A stretch of DNA of 64,000 bases from an uncultured Acidobacteriota bacterium (GTDB lineage Bacteria > Acidobacteriota > Thermoanaerobaculia > UBA5066 > Gp7-AA6). Location: NCBI GenBank assembly GCA_963764715.1, contig CAVXTP010000018.1, positions 11,966 to 75,965 of the forward strand, given 5' to 3'. Both the position numbers and the translations under genes were made by a program. Every line of letters begins with the position of its first letter. Within the stretch, counting starts at the first letter, position 1. Positions 28,907-37,585 of the stretch are shown one piece after another. The notes beneath the pieces are model-generated. The model made no database searches, had not been told where the DNA came from, and worked only from the letters and a program-made list of their open reading frames with translations.

Positions 28907-28922
28907 TGATTCAATCGCATCA
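28907..28922. promoter_or_regulatory. Operator copy TGATTCAATCGCATCA inside island A
   Basis: Motif match; TAGGGT -10-like hexamer at 28945. Confidence 0.68.
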
Positions 28923-29001
28923 TCTGCTCGCCATCCCCGAGCCATAGGGTGTTGGTCTTGGTCTCGTTAATCGCCCCAAGAGGGCACTCAGGAGGAGAAC
29001 A

Positions 29002-29583
29002 ATGAAAAGAATCGGATCCTGGATGACGGCCGCCTGGGCCGCTGGCGTACTGTGCCTGGCAACCGCGGCACTGGCCCAGGCTCCCGGGTCTCCGCCGGAG
29101 ACGGTCTCGTCGGTCACCGAAACGGTCAAGGCGACCGTGGTGAAGATCGACCGGAAAACGCGCGAGGTCACGCTCAAAGAGGATGACGGCCACGAGTACA
29201 CCTTCATCGCCGGCGACGAGGTGAAGAATCTTGATCAAGTCAAGAAAGGCGACCTGGTCACGACGTCATACAAGGAGAGTCTCGTTTACGAAGTGAAGAA
29301 GGGTGGCAAAGCCATCGGCGCAGAGACGACCACGACGATTGCGCGTGGGAAGCCCGGCGACGTGCCGGCGGGCATCTGGGCGAAGCGGACCACGATGACC
29401 GTGGCGATCACGGCGATCGACCCCAAGGCTCCGACGGTCACCTTCAAAGGACCGCAGGGGAACACGCGCACGATCAAGGTGCGGAACCCCGCGAATCTCA
29501 AGGGCGTCAGCGTCGGGGACACGGTCGAAATCACCTGGGTCGAGGCGGTCATGATCAAGGTCGAAAGGGCGCTCGGGAAGTGA
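29002..29583 (+). CDS. Secreted hypothetical protein with two OB-fold-like repeats
   Basis: Signal peptide; repeats ATVVKID...VKKGDLV and ITAID...VSVGDTV; SD AGGAGGAG. Confidence 0.8.
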   Translation: MKRIGSWMTAAWAAGVLCLATAALAQAPGSPPETVSSVTETVKATVVKIDRKTREVTLKEDDGHEYTFIAGDEVKNLDQVKKGDLVTTSYKESLVYEVKKGGKAIGAETTTTIARGKPGDVPAGIWAKRTTMTVAITAIDPKAPTVTFKGPQGNTRTIKVRNPANLKGVSVGDTVEITWVEAVMIKVERALGK

Positions 29584-29812
29584 TTCCGGGCCCGGACTCC
29601 GCCGGGACCCACGGCCGTAGCCACTGAGAAACAGAGGGGCGGGGAGTAAGGGGGGGCCGTCCAGCAGCCCGTCCAGCTCTCCAAAGGCCCCGTCCATGGC
29701 GGCCGCGTCGGTCACGTCGACATGGGTGACATCTGCCGAATCGACATGTTTTCGGGCGCGGCGAAGGAGAGAACTGGTAGAGAATCTGCCCAGCGAAAGA
29801 AAGGAGAATTCA

Positions 29813-30685
29813 ATGGAGGCAAGAAGGGGAGGCTTCTCGGTCATCCTCGGGGCCGGACTGCTGGCGGCGTCCGGAGCCATCGCGACGGCTCAGCAGCCGA
29901 GCGTCACGAAAATCACGCAGACGGGACAGCCCGCGATGACGTCGAGCACCCGCGTCGTCAAGGCCACCGTGGTCAGCGTGAACGGCAACAGAGTCGTCGG
30001 CGAAGACGCCACCGGCCATGCGACGGAGTACACGATCCCGGAGGGCTTCAAGTTCCAGTTCGAGGGCAGGGACATCGGCGTCGCCGAGCTGAAGCCCGGA
30101 ATGCACGTTACGGCCACGATCACGACGACGACCACCACGACACCCGTGTGGGTCACGGAAATAAAAACGGGCAAGGTCCTCGTGGTCTCGGGCCACAGCA
30201 TCATCGTCCGAGGGCCGCAAGGGAATCGCTTGTTCTCGAACAAGGACGCGGAGCAACGGAATGTCACGGTCATGCGCAACGGGCAGCAGGTCTCGTTGAG
30301 CGACCTGCGTGCCGGCGACATCTTCACGGCCATCATCGTCACGGACGAGGCGCCGAAGGTCGTCTCCGAGCGCGAGGTCCAGGCCATGGCCCACGCGGCG
30401 CCCCAGCCCGCTTCGGCTCCGGCCGCTGCTCCCGCCGCCGCCCCCACCACTGCCCCCGCCGCTGCACCCGCGGAGGCTCCCGCGGCTGCCCCCGCGGAGG
30501 CTCCCGCGGCTGCCCCCGCGGAGGCTGCAGCCGCCCCCACGGAGGCTCCCGCCGCTGCACCGGCCGCTGCTCCGGCCGCCGAATCGCCCGCGCCGGCGAG
30601 CGGGTTTCCGAGTTGGCTCCTGTGGCTACTCATACTGATCGTGATTCTCGTCGTCGTGCTCATTCTCCGCCGCCGCAAGTCCTGA
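29813..30685 (+). CDS. Secreted protein: OB-like repeats, Ala/Pro linker, C-terminal TM anchor and basic tail
   Basis: Signal peptide; (APAAAPAE)n; WLLWLLILIVILVVVLILRRRKS; SD AAGGAG. Confidence 0.8.
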   Translation: MEARRGGFSVILGAGLLAASGAIATAQQPSVTKITQTGQPAMTSSTRVVKATVVSVNGNRVVGEDATGHATEYTIPEGFKFQFEGRDIGVAELKPGMHVTATITTTTTTTPVWVTEIKTGKVLVVSGHSIIVRGPQGNRLFSNKDAEQRNVTVMRNGQQVSLSDLRAGDIFTAIIVTDEAPKVVSEREVQAMAHAAPQPASAPAAAPAAAPTTAPAAAPAEAPAAAPAEAPAAAPAEAAAAPTEAPAAAPAAAPAAESPAPASGFPSWLLWLLILIVILVVVLILRRRKS

Positions 30686-30713
30686 CGTCGAACCGTCTCC
30701 ACGGACCGCCGTG

Positions 30714-30737
30714 CCGCCGGCCCTTCGGGGCCGGCGG
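30714..30737 (+). terminator. GC hairpin with UUCG loop after the 29813-30685 gene
   Basis: CCGCCGGCCC-TTCG-GGGCCGGCGG; no U-tract. Confidence 0.5.
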
Positions 30738-30835
30738 TCACCGGCGGCGCCAACTTCCGGTTTCGAATTTCCGCGAGGCCCCGCGCGGACGCAGAGGACT
30801 CCCACGACTCGGTGGTCCTGGCGAGCGAACTTGAG

Positions 30836-30864
30836 TGGTGAGCCGTGCAGAACTCGAACCTGCA
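30836..30864 (-). repeat. tRNA 3'-end fragment (relic att site)
   Basis: Minus strand TGCAGGTTCGAGTTCTGCACGGCTCACCA = T-arm + acceptor 3' strand + CCA, no 5' half. Confidence 0.7.
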
Positions 30865-31044
30865 CGGTCCTTCCTCTGTGGTTAATTCGAGAGGCGAGCA
30901 GCGACGCGACCCTGTCCGGTCTGCACAAGACCCGTTGTGGATGCGTTCGCGGCGCCCGCCCTTCGCCAGGAACGCGGAGGACGGGGCTGTGTTGCCGACG
31001 CCAGCGAGATCAAGAACCCGGGTCACCCGCTTTCGGTTGGGTCC

Positions 31045-31431
31045 TCAGGCCTGACCGATCCCGGGGATGTGCTGGTTGTCTTCCTCGGTCCGCTCGAGGA
31101 ACGGGCGGATCTCGACCGGCGTCCGACAGGCGACGGCACCCTTGCGCCCCCACTCCAGTGCCTCGTCCAGGTTCGCGCATTTCAGAATAATGAAGCCGCC
31201 GACGTGCTCCTTGGTCTCCATGTACGGCCCGTCGGTGACGACCACCTTGCCGTCGGGCTGCGCCCGCAGGGACTTCGCGCTGCTGGCCGGGTAGAGGCCG
31301 GCACCGAAAATCCTGGCACCGGCAGCGACCAGCTCATCGTTCATCACGTCGATCTCGCGGATCATCGCTTCGGTCACGGTGGATGGGTCGAAATTGTCGG
31401 GTAAGAAACTCGTCCACAGATAGAGCGGCAT
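31045..31431 (-). CDS. YciI/DGPF-family protein
   Basis: VTDGPYMETKEHVGGF...DEALEW...VEIRPF; SD GGAG. Confidence 0.88.
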   Translation of the reverse strand: MPLYLWTSFLPDNFDPSTVTEAMIREIDVMNDELVAAGARIFGAGLYPASSAKSLRAQPDGKVVVTDGPYMETKEHVGGFIILKCANLDEALEWGRKGAVACRTPVEIRPFLERTEEDNQHIPGIGQA

Positions 31432-31487
31432 GTTTTCTCCTTTTCCTGTGTCTTCGGGCCGGGCGTTTGCCCTGCCTTCACTCCATC

Positions 31488-31514
31488 GACGAACGGCCGG
31501 ACCGGAATTCGACA
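31488..31514 (-). promoter_or_regulatory. ECF42-type promoter TGTCGA-N17-CGTC upstream of the DGPF gene
   Basis: Matches the -35/-10 described for ECF42 sigma factors, whose typical targets are DGPF genes. Confidence 0.6.
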
Positions 31515-31729
31515 ACTCGTCCAAGAAAATCTTACCTTTCGACTTGGGGATCGTTGATCGAGGAGGTGACTGGCTTGGATCGGAAACCCTGGCTGGGGGA
31601 GAGAGAGTCTCCGCTGCCATCTCCCGCGAAGCGGCCGGCCTCACTGTCCGCGTCTTTGTCGGTGTCCGGTGGTGGAGCGTCTTCCTCGGTGGTGGCCGGC
31701 GAGATGGTGGCGGCGGAGCCAAACGCCTG

Positions 31730-31758
31730 AAAGGAAAAGGGCCGAGAAACTCGGCCCT
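31730..31758 (-). terminator. Intrinsic terminator just downstream of the att duplicate
   Basis: AGGGCCGAG-AAA-CTCGGCCCT hairpin followed on the minus strand by TTTCCTTT. Confidence 0.6.
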
Positions 31759-31777
31759 CACCTCGATGAACCCAAGT

Positions 31778-31803
31778 TGGTGGAGGCGGCGGGAGTTGAA
31801 CCC
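31778..31803 (-). repeat. att site: exact 26-bp duplication of the tmRNA 3' end
   Basis: TGGTGGAGGCGGCGGGAGTTGAACCC identical to 37114-37139. Confidence 0.95.
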
Positions 31804-32108
31804 ATCTGATTCTTCTGAATTCCTGAATGATTTCGACGTACTCCCCCGATTTGTCCGCCTCCTTGTCCGTGTCGCCCGGCCGCATAGCAAACACGCGGAG
31901 ACAAGCCGTGGTAGTCGGTAAGGCTCACTACCTGCCGGTGCATTGCGACGACCTCAGCCGGAGCGCGTCTGCCGGCACTGTCTCCTCATGAAGGCTCGGC
32001 AGAGTTGCGGAAGGCCCTGCCCCGGCAGTCGTCGTTCTACGTCCCACCGCGTTGAAAAGACGGCTCCCCACCGGCGATCCTCCCGCCGGGCATCCTGCCC
32101 GCCGGACG

Positions 32109-32870
32109 TCACCTTGCGGCGCGGTTCGGCCTCTGCCGCGCGAGGAGGAGAAGGCGCATCAGCCCGTCGACGTCGGCCTGGCCCCGGAGGTAGTAGGACG
32201 CGGCGGACGCGGGACTTGCCCCCACACGGATGGTGAGAAAGCGCGCAGGCTGCTTGAGAGCGAAGACATCTTCATCCGTTTCATCGTCTCCCACGTAGAT
32301 CGCGGTGTCACATCCGAGACGCTCGCGCTCCCTCTCGAGGGCCATACCCTTGTGAGGGGCGCCCCTCGGGAGGAGGTTGATGACCAGAGCGCCGCCGACG
32401 ACTCGGACATCGTTCAAAGCCGCCGCCGCCTCCATGATCGCCGCTCGTGCCTTCTTCTTGTCACGCGACTGACGGTAGTGGACCGAAATCGAAAAGACCT
32501 TGTCCTCGATGCTCACTCCTCGAATGGGCGAGAGCCTCTCTTCCAACAGCGGCCGCCAGCGTTCGATCTCCTCCTTCAGCCGTGCCGAAGCCCCCCAGGG
32601 TTCGATTCCGTGGTTGCCGACGACCCCGTGCACCGGGATACCGCGCAGTCGCTCCAGGACGCTGGTCCGCGCGCGGCCGGAGATCACGACGCATGAATAA
32701 AGATTCGTGAGATCACCCAGCAGCCGCGACGTTGCCGGGCGAAGATGCGCTCGTTCCGGAAGAGTCACGATCGGAGTGAGGGTCCCGTCGAAGTCGAAGC
32801 CGAGCAGCACGTTCGATCGGGCAAACTGCTCGACGATTCGCCGATGGGCCGGCAACAGGATGTTCTTCAT
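32109..32870 (-). CDS. otsB: Trehalose-6-phosphate phosphatase
   Basis: HAD motifs DFDGTL, VISGR, GNHG, EDK..SVHYR, HKG, YVGDDETDEDVF. Confidence 0.93.
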   Translation of the reverse strand: MKNILLPAHRRIVEQFARSNVLLGFDFDGTLTPIVTLPERAHLRPATSRLLGDLTNLYSCVVISGRARTSVLERLRGIPVHGVVGNHGIEPWGASARLKEEIERWRPLLEERLSPIRGVSIEDKVFSISVHYRQSRDKKKARAAIMEAAAALNDVRVVGGALVINLLPRGAPHKGMALERERERLGCDTAIYVGDDETDEDVFALKQPARFLTIRVGASPASAASYYLRGQADVDGLMRLLLLARQRPNRAAR

Positions 32871-35119
32871 GGAGAGTGCTGCGCCACCGGAACGAGATGA
32901 TCGGTCAGGCGGCCTGTGAGTCGGTCACGGCTGCGGAGGCGAGCGGCATCGACGAGCATCCTCCCCGCCCAGCGATAAACATTGAACTCGGAGAGGAAGG
33001 CCCGCATGGACCGCATGCGGTCCCCCTGCTCTGCCGGAGACATGGCGAGGGCGGCTGCTAGGGCAGAGCTCGCCTGGTCGAAGTCGTAAGGGTTGACGAT
33101 CAGCGCCTCGGTCAGCTCACGCGCCGCGCCGGTGAACTGACTCAGGACCAGGACGCCGCGCTCGTCCTCCCGGGCCGCGACGAACTCTTTGGCAACCAGA
33201 TTCATGCCGTCGTGGAGGCTGCTCACGTAGCACAGGTCGGCTGCCCGGTAGTACCGAAACACGGTCGGGGGCTCGTGGTGGGTTCGCCGCAGGACGATCG
33301 GACGGTAGTTTCCCTGACTGAACCGATCGTTGATGCGCGCGGCCACACGTTCCACGTTCTCGTTGAGCTGCTGGTAGCGCTGGATGACGGTTCGACTCGG
33401 GGCCGCAAGCTGAACGAAGGTAAATCGACCGCGGAATTCCGGAAACCGTTCCAGCAAGCGCTCGACGGTGAGGAGCCGCTCCTCGATTCCCTTCGTGTAG
33501 TCGAGGCGGTCCACGCCAATACCCAGGAGGGCGTCCGGGGCCAGCCCGAGCTCCTGGAAAAGGCTCCTTCGGCACTCTTCGGCGGGCGGAGCCGTTTTCG
33601 ACCACCGCACGGGCCATTCGAGCGAGATCGGGTAGGGACGCACCAGCGTGCTTCGCCCGTGCTGGACGACCGCGTTCTGCTCCCGGTCGATCCGGGCCTC
33701 GAGCAGCCGATCCACGGAATCCACGAAGTTATTGCAGTGGGATTGGGTGTGAAAGCCCAGGATGCTCGCGCCGAGCATTCCCTCGAGCAACTCGTTGCGC
33801 CAGGGGCAGATGCTGAACAGCTCCGAGTTGGGCCAGGGGATATGCCAGAACATGATCACGGTCGCCCGGGGCAGCCGCTCACGAATGAGATGGGGTACGA
33901 GGGCGAAGTGATAGTCCTGAACGAAGACGATCGGGTCTTCCGAGTCCACCTCCGCGCAGAGAGCGTCCGTGAACTTCTGGTTGACGGCCTGATAGTGCTT
34001 CCAGTCCTCGCTTCGGAAGACGGGGCGGGCATGTGCGAGGTGGCAAAGGGGCCAGAGACCCTCGTTGGCAAAGCCGTAGTAGTAACCCTCCTCTTCTTCG
34101 GGAGAGAGCCAGACCCGCCTGAGCAGGTAGGACTCTTCGCCGGGCGGCACGCGGATCCGCCCGTTCTTGTCTGCCGTCTGCCGGTCCGCGGAACCGCCCC
34201 CGTGGGCGATCCAGACTCCGGAGCAGGCCCGCAGGACCGGCTCGAGCGCGGTGACGAGACCGCTCGCGGGATGAACGACGACGACACCGCCGTCCTCGGT
34301 CCGCTCATGAATATACGGTTCGCGATTCGCGACGATGACGACTCTCTCGAGGTGGAGGTACCGGTTGAGCGTCTGCTTGAGTCGCTGCGGCGTCCAGTCG
34401 CCGCCTTCAAGGTCGGCTTGCTTCTCGGCAACGATGCGATCGACGAGCTCGCGGACATCCCCGAGGATGGGCCGGAACTCGGGGTGAGGCGTACCGCTTC
34501 GGAGGAAGCTTCGGAGCTCTTTGCTCCAACCGCGCCAGGACAGCCGGGCCGCGATGGCAGTCACGGCAGAGGCGGCCACCGCGAGGAACCCGAAAGCCAG
34601 GAGCAGGAAGTTCCGGGTCTTCGCTTCTCGTCGTTCGACGAAGCTCAGATCGTGCACGAGGACGACAAATCCCAGCGGCTGATCTCCATCGGACACGGGC
34701 ATGGCGCTGACGTGGACCTTGCCCCCGGGCAGCGGCAGGACGCTCTTCCAGGGGTGCCAGCCGGTTGCGGGTTCGCCGGCGGCGGGACGGACATGTTTGG
34801 CGAGTTCTTCGCAGCCGAGCTGCTTGGGGTAGTCCGGCGTTCGCGTCAGCAGTGTGAGGTCTGCCGTGCACGCCGCGGCCGCCATGATGCGCTCATCGTG
34901 AGTGATCTCGACGAGCAGGTTCCGCAAGTCGGCCCGCTGCTCCTTGTGCCAGTGCGAGATCAGGGCCTGGCGGGCCCCGCTCACCGCGAGTTGCGCGCGC
35001 AGGCTCACGTCCTTCTCGAACCAGCCGCGCGTGGTCTCGTTGACGGTGACGGAGGCCACCCAGGTGAGAAGCCCGAGCCCGAGGATCAGAGCGACGGCGA
35101 ATTGGAATGCGCGACCCAT
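32867..35119 (-). CDS. otsA: Trehalose-6-phosphate synthase with N-terminal 2-TM/extracytoplasmic extension
   Basis: VANREP, ASGLVTAL, YYYGFANEGLWPLCH, QDYH, FWHIPWP, GVDRLDYTKGI, DGMNLVAKE. Confidence 0.92.
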   Translation of the reverse strand: MGRAFQFAVALILGLGLLTWVASVTVNETTRGWFEKDVSLRAQLAVSGARQALISHWHKEQRADLRNLLVEITHDERIMAAAACTADLTLLTRTPDYPKQLGCEELAKHVRPAAGEPATGWHPWKSVLPLPGGKVHVSAMPVSDGDQPLGFVVLVHDLSFVERREAKTRNFLLLAFGFLAVAASAVTAIAARLSWRGWSKELRSFLRSGTPHPEFRPILGDVRELVDRIVAEKQADLEGGDWTPQRLKQTLNRYLHLERVVIVANREPYIHERTEDGGVVVVHPASGLVTALEPVLRACSGVWIAHGGGSADRQTADKNGRIRVPPGEESYLLRRVWLSPEEEEGYYYGFANEGLWPLCHLAHARPVFRSEDWKHYQAVNQKFTDALCAEVDSEDPIVFVQDYHFALVPHLIRERLPRATVIMFWHIPWPNSELFSICPWRNELLEGMLGASILGFHTQSHCNNFVDSVDRLLEARIDREQNAVVQHGRSTLVRPYPISLEWPVRWSKTAPPAEECRRSLFQELGLAPDALLGIGVDRLDYTKGIEERLLTVERLLERFPEFRGRFTFVQLAAPSRTVIQRYQQLNENVERVAARINDRFSQGNYRPIVLRRTHHEPPTVFRYYRAADLCYVSSLHDGMNLVAKEFVAAREDERGVLVLSQFTGAARELTEALIVNPYDFDQASSALAAALAMSPAEQGDRMRSMRAFLSEFNVYRWAGRMLVDAARLRSRDRLTGRLTDHLVPVAQHSP

Positions 35120-35177
35120 GCCGGCCATTGAAGCACAGAGGCTTTGGGGCAACAACCGAATCTGTTAGCTTCCGTGC

Positions 35178-36944
35178 GTGCGCCTGGAAGACCTCGGCCT
35201 CATCGGCAATTGCCAGTTCTCGGCGCTCATCCATCGCACGGGCGAGGTCGTCTGGTGCTGCCTGCCGCGCTTCGACTCGGAGCCGGTCTTCTCGACGCTG
35301 CTCGACCACGAGGGCGGCGGACGGTTTGCCGTCGGCGCGGTGGACGGAGCGGCCGGAGTCCAACGCTACGTCGAGAATACGAACGTTCTCGAGACCAACT
35401 TCCGAACGGAAGGCGGTTCCTTCCGAGTTCTGGACTTTGCTCCGCTCTTCATTCAGCACGGGCGGGTCTTCCATCCCACGCAGCTTCTCCGGATCGTCGA
35501 ACCGGTGGAGGGAACTCCGCACATACGAGTGAACTGTGATCCGCGGATCGGCTGGTCGAAGGCCCTCCCCGCACAGCTTCGGGGCTCCAACCACGTTCGC
35601 TTCGACGGCTTCGCGAGTCCTATGAGACTCACGACCGACGTGCCGCTCTCCTACCTTGGCGGTACACCCTTCGCTCTCTCGCAGCGCCGGCATTTGGCTC
35701 TCACGTGGGGACCGCCGATCGAAGAGCCCCTCCCCGCGCTTTGCGACCGCTTCCTGGGCGACACCGTTCGGTACTGGCAGCGATGGGTCAAGCAGTGCAA
35801 CATCCCTCCCCTTTATCAACGGGAGGTCATTCGTTCAGCCCTGGCGCTCAAGCTTCACTGCTTCGAGGACACAGGCGCCATCGTCGCGTCCATGACGACG
35901 TCCATTCCCGAAGCGGCAGGCAGCGGGCGGACCTGGGACTACCGGTATTGCTGGCTGCGGGACGCCTACTACGCCCTCGGCGCACTCCGTCGGCTTGGCC
36001 ACTTCGAGGAGCGCGAGAATTTCACTCAGTACCTGCTCAACATCGTTGCCGAGGCGCCGGACCTGAAGCTCTCCCCGCTCTACCGTGTCGACGGGACCTG
36101 CGATCTCGAGGAACGGGTCCTCGACAGCTGGCCCGGCTATGGCGGCGACGGGCCGGTCCGCGTTGGCAATGGTGCCGCCCGGCACGTTCAGAACGACATC
36201 TACGGCGAGATGGTTCTCGCCCTGACGCCGGTTTTTCTCGACGAGCGGTTTACCGCGGAGCGCTCGCAGGCAACCCTCGACCTGCTGGAGCGGTTGGCCC
36301 GGAGGGCCATCTCGGTCGTGGGGACTCCCGACGCCGGCATTTGGGAATACCGCACGGAGTGGAAGCCGCAGACCTTCTCGAGCCTCATGTGCTGGGCCGC
36401 CGTGGATCGGATGTCCCGTGTTGCCGCTCAACACGCACCCGGCCTGGAAGCGGAATTCCGGAGCGCCTCGGCTCGCATTCGCGAGGAGATCACCGACAAG
36501 GCGTGGAATCTGGAACTCGGGGCCTTCGTTGCGACCTACGGTGGAGGAGACCTCGATGCGTCGCTCCTCCAGATGGCAACTCTGCATTTACTGCCGGCCG
36601 ACGACCCGCGGCTGCGAGGAACGGTCGACGCGATCTGGAAGGGGCTCTCGAGAGACGGTTGGCTGTTCCGCTATCGGCTCGACGACGGCTTTGGTCGACC
36701 GACCGTCGCATTCATCATCTGTACGTTCTGGCTCGTGGAAGCTCTGGCCTCGACCGGGCGCGTGAACGAGGCCAAGACGGTCATGGACCGCATTCACTCA
36801 GCCCTTTCGCCGCTCGGCCTCCTCTCCGAAGACTACGAGACCTCCGGCCTGCGAATGTGGGGCAACTTCCCGCAGGCGTATTCGCACGCAGGCCTCATCC
36901 TCGCGGGCTTCGCCGCGTCGCCCCGGTGGGCGGAAATACTCTGA
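35178..36944 (+). CDS. GH15 glycoside hydrolase (trehalase/glucoamylase-like)
   Basis: TTSIPE...WDYRYCWLRDA, PDAGIWEYR, GLLSED, GNFPQAYSH. Confidence 0.92.
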   Translation: MRLEDLGLIGNCQFSALIHRTGEVVWCCLPRFDSEPVFSTLLDHEGGGRFAVGAVDGAAGVQRYVENTNVLETNFRTEGGSFRVLDFAPLFIQHGRVFHPTQLLRIVEPVEGTPHIRVNCDPRIGWSKALPAQLRGSNHVRFDGFASPMRLTTDVPLSYLGGTPFALSQRRHLALTWGPPIEEPLPALCDRFLGDTVRYWQRWVKQCNIPPLYQREVIRSALALKLHCFEDTGAIVASMTTSIPEAAGSGRTWDYRYCWLRDAYYALGALRRLGHFEERENFTQYLLNIVAEAPDLKLSPLYRVDGTCDLEERVLDSWPGYGGDGPVRVGNGAARHVQNDIYGEMVLALTPVFLDERFTAERSQATLDLLERLARRAISVVGTPDAGIWEYRTEWKPQTFSSLMCWAAVDRMSRVAAQHAPGLEAEFRSASARIREEITDKAWNLELGAFVATYGGGDLDASLLQMATLHLLPADDPRLRGTVDAIWKGLSRDGWLFRYRLDDGFGRPTVAFIICTFWLVEALASTGRVNEAKTVMDRIHSALSPLGLLSEDYETSGLRMWGNFPQAYSHAGLILAGFAASPRWAEIL

Positions 36945-37113
36945 GGAAGTCCTTCAGCCGCCGGTGATTCGTGATGCGGGCTGATGGACAAGACGCGTCC
37001 TCGCCGGCCGATCCTCGCGGTGCGCGAGCAGAAGGCGAGCCAATTCGGGGACCCAACATCGCGGAGCCACACCTCTATGAGAAGGGCGGCTCTGAACTGG
37101 AATGAACGTAGTG

Positions 37114-37474
37114 TGGTGGAGGCGGCGGGAGTTGAACCCGCGTCCGGAAGCGCGGCGGGAGAGGCCACTCCATGCTCAGCCTCTTCTTGGTTCTCGCCCT
37201 GCCGCCTCGAGAAGAGGCAAAACGGCGGCAGGGCAACCCCGAATTTGTTTCGCCGCTCCGTCCGGGGATCCGGAGCCGCTACACCCGAATTTCGCGACGT
37301 CGGCCGAAGCGCGTCGGGTGCGCTATCCGGCCAACGAGGCTACTTAATTAAGCAGCCAGAGCGAAGTTGCTGTTGTTCGCAGCTACTATTTTTCACCCTG
37401 CTTTTACGAGGAGGGGTGAGACCTCGGCATGCGACCTCTCGCGTCATCGTCCCCGTCGAAGCCGTTTCGCCCCC
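37114..37474 (-). ncRNA. ssrA: tmRNA; tag peptide ANNSNFALAA (37380-37348)
   Basis: 5' GGGGGCGAAACGGCTTCGAC; 3' GGTTCAACTCCCGCCGCCTCCACCA; internal ORF ends LAA-TAA. Confidence 0.96.
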
Positions 37475-37585
37475 ACGTGGTCTCGATCGCAAGAGACTCA
37501 AAGAACGGAGCGGAAGTGTAACACCCGCGGCACTGTGGTTCTTCCCGGCTTGACTCCCACCCACCGCTGGGGTCCAATCCGCGCC

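Larger units (their letters stand above)
22232..31777. mobile_element. ssrA-integrated genomic island A (formate dehydrogenase cargo, no integrase)
   Basis: Bounded by direct repeats of the ssrA 3' end at 22206 and 31778. Confidence 0.75.
31804..37113. mobile_element. ssrA-integrated genomic island B (trehalose cargo, no integrase)
   Basis: Bounded by the att duplicate and ssrA; visibly more A/T at third codon positions than the flanking core genes (not quantified). Confidence 0.75.

Noticed and set aside
30400-30590. 24-bp tandem repeats
   Set aside because: Explained by the Ala/Pro linker codons of the 29813-30685 protein
31668-31720. Additional degenerate ssrA att copies (GGTGGTGGAGCG, TGGTGGCGGCGG)
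   Set aside because: Matches too short to be significant in GC-rich DNA
22232-37113. Prophage, ICE or integron interpretation
   Set aside because: No integrase, phage structural or conjugation genes and no attC-like sites were recognisable
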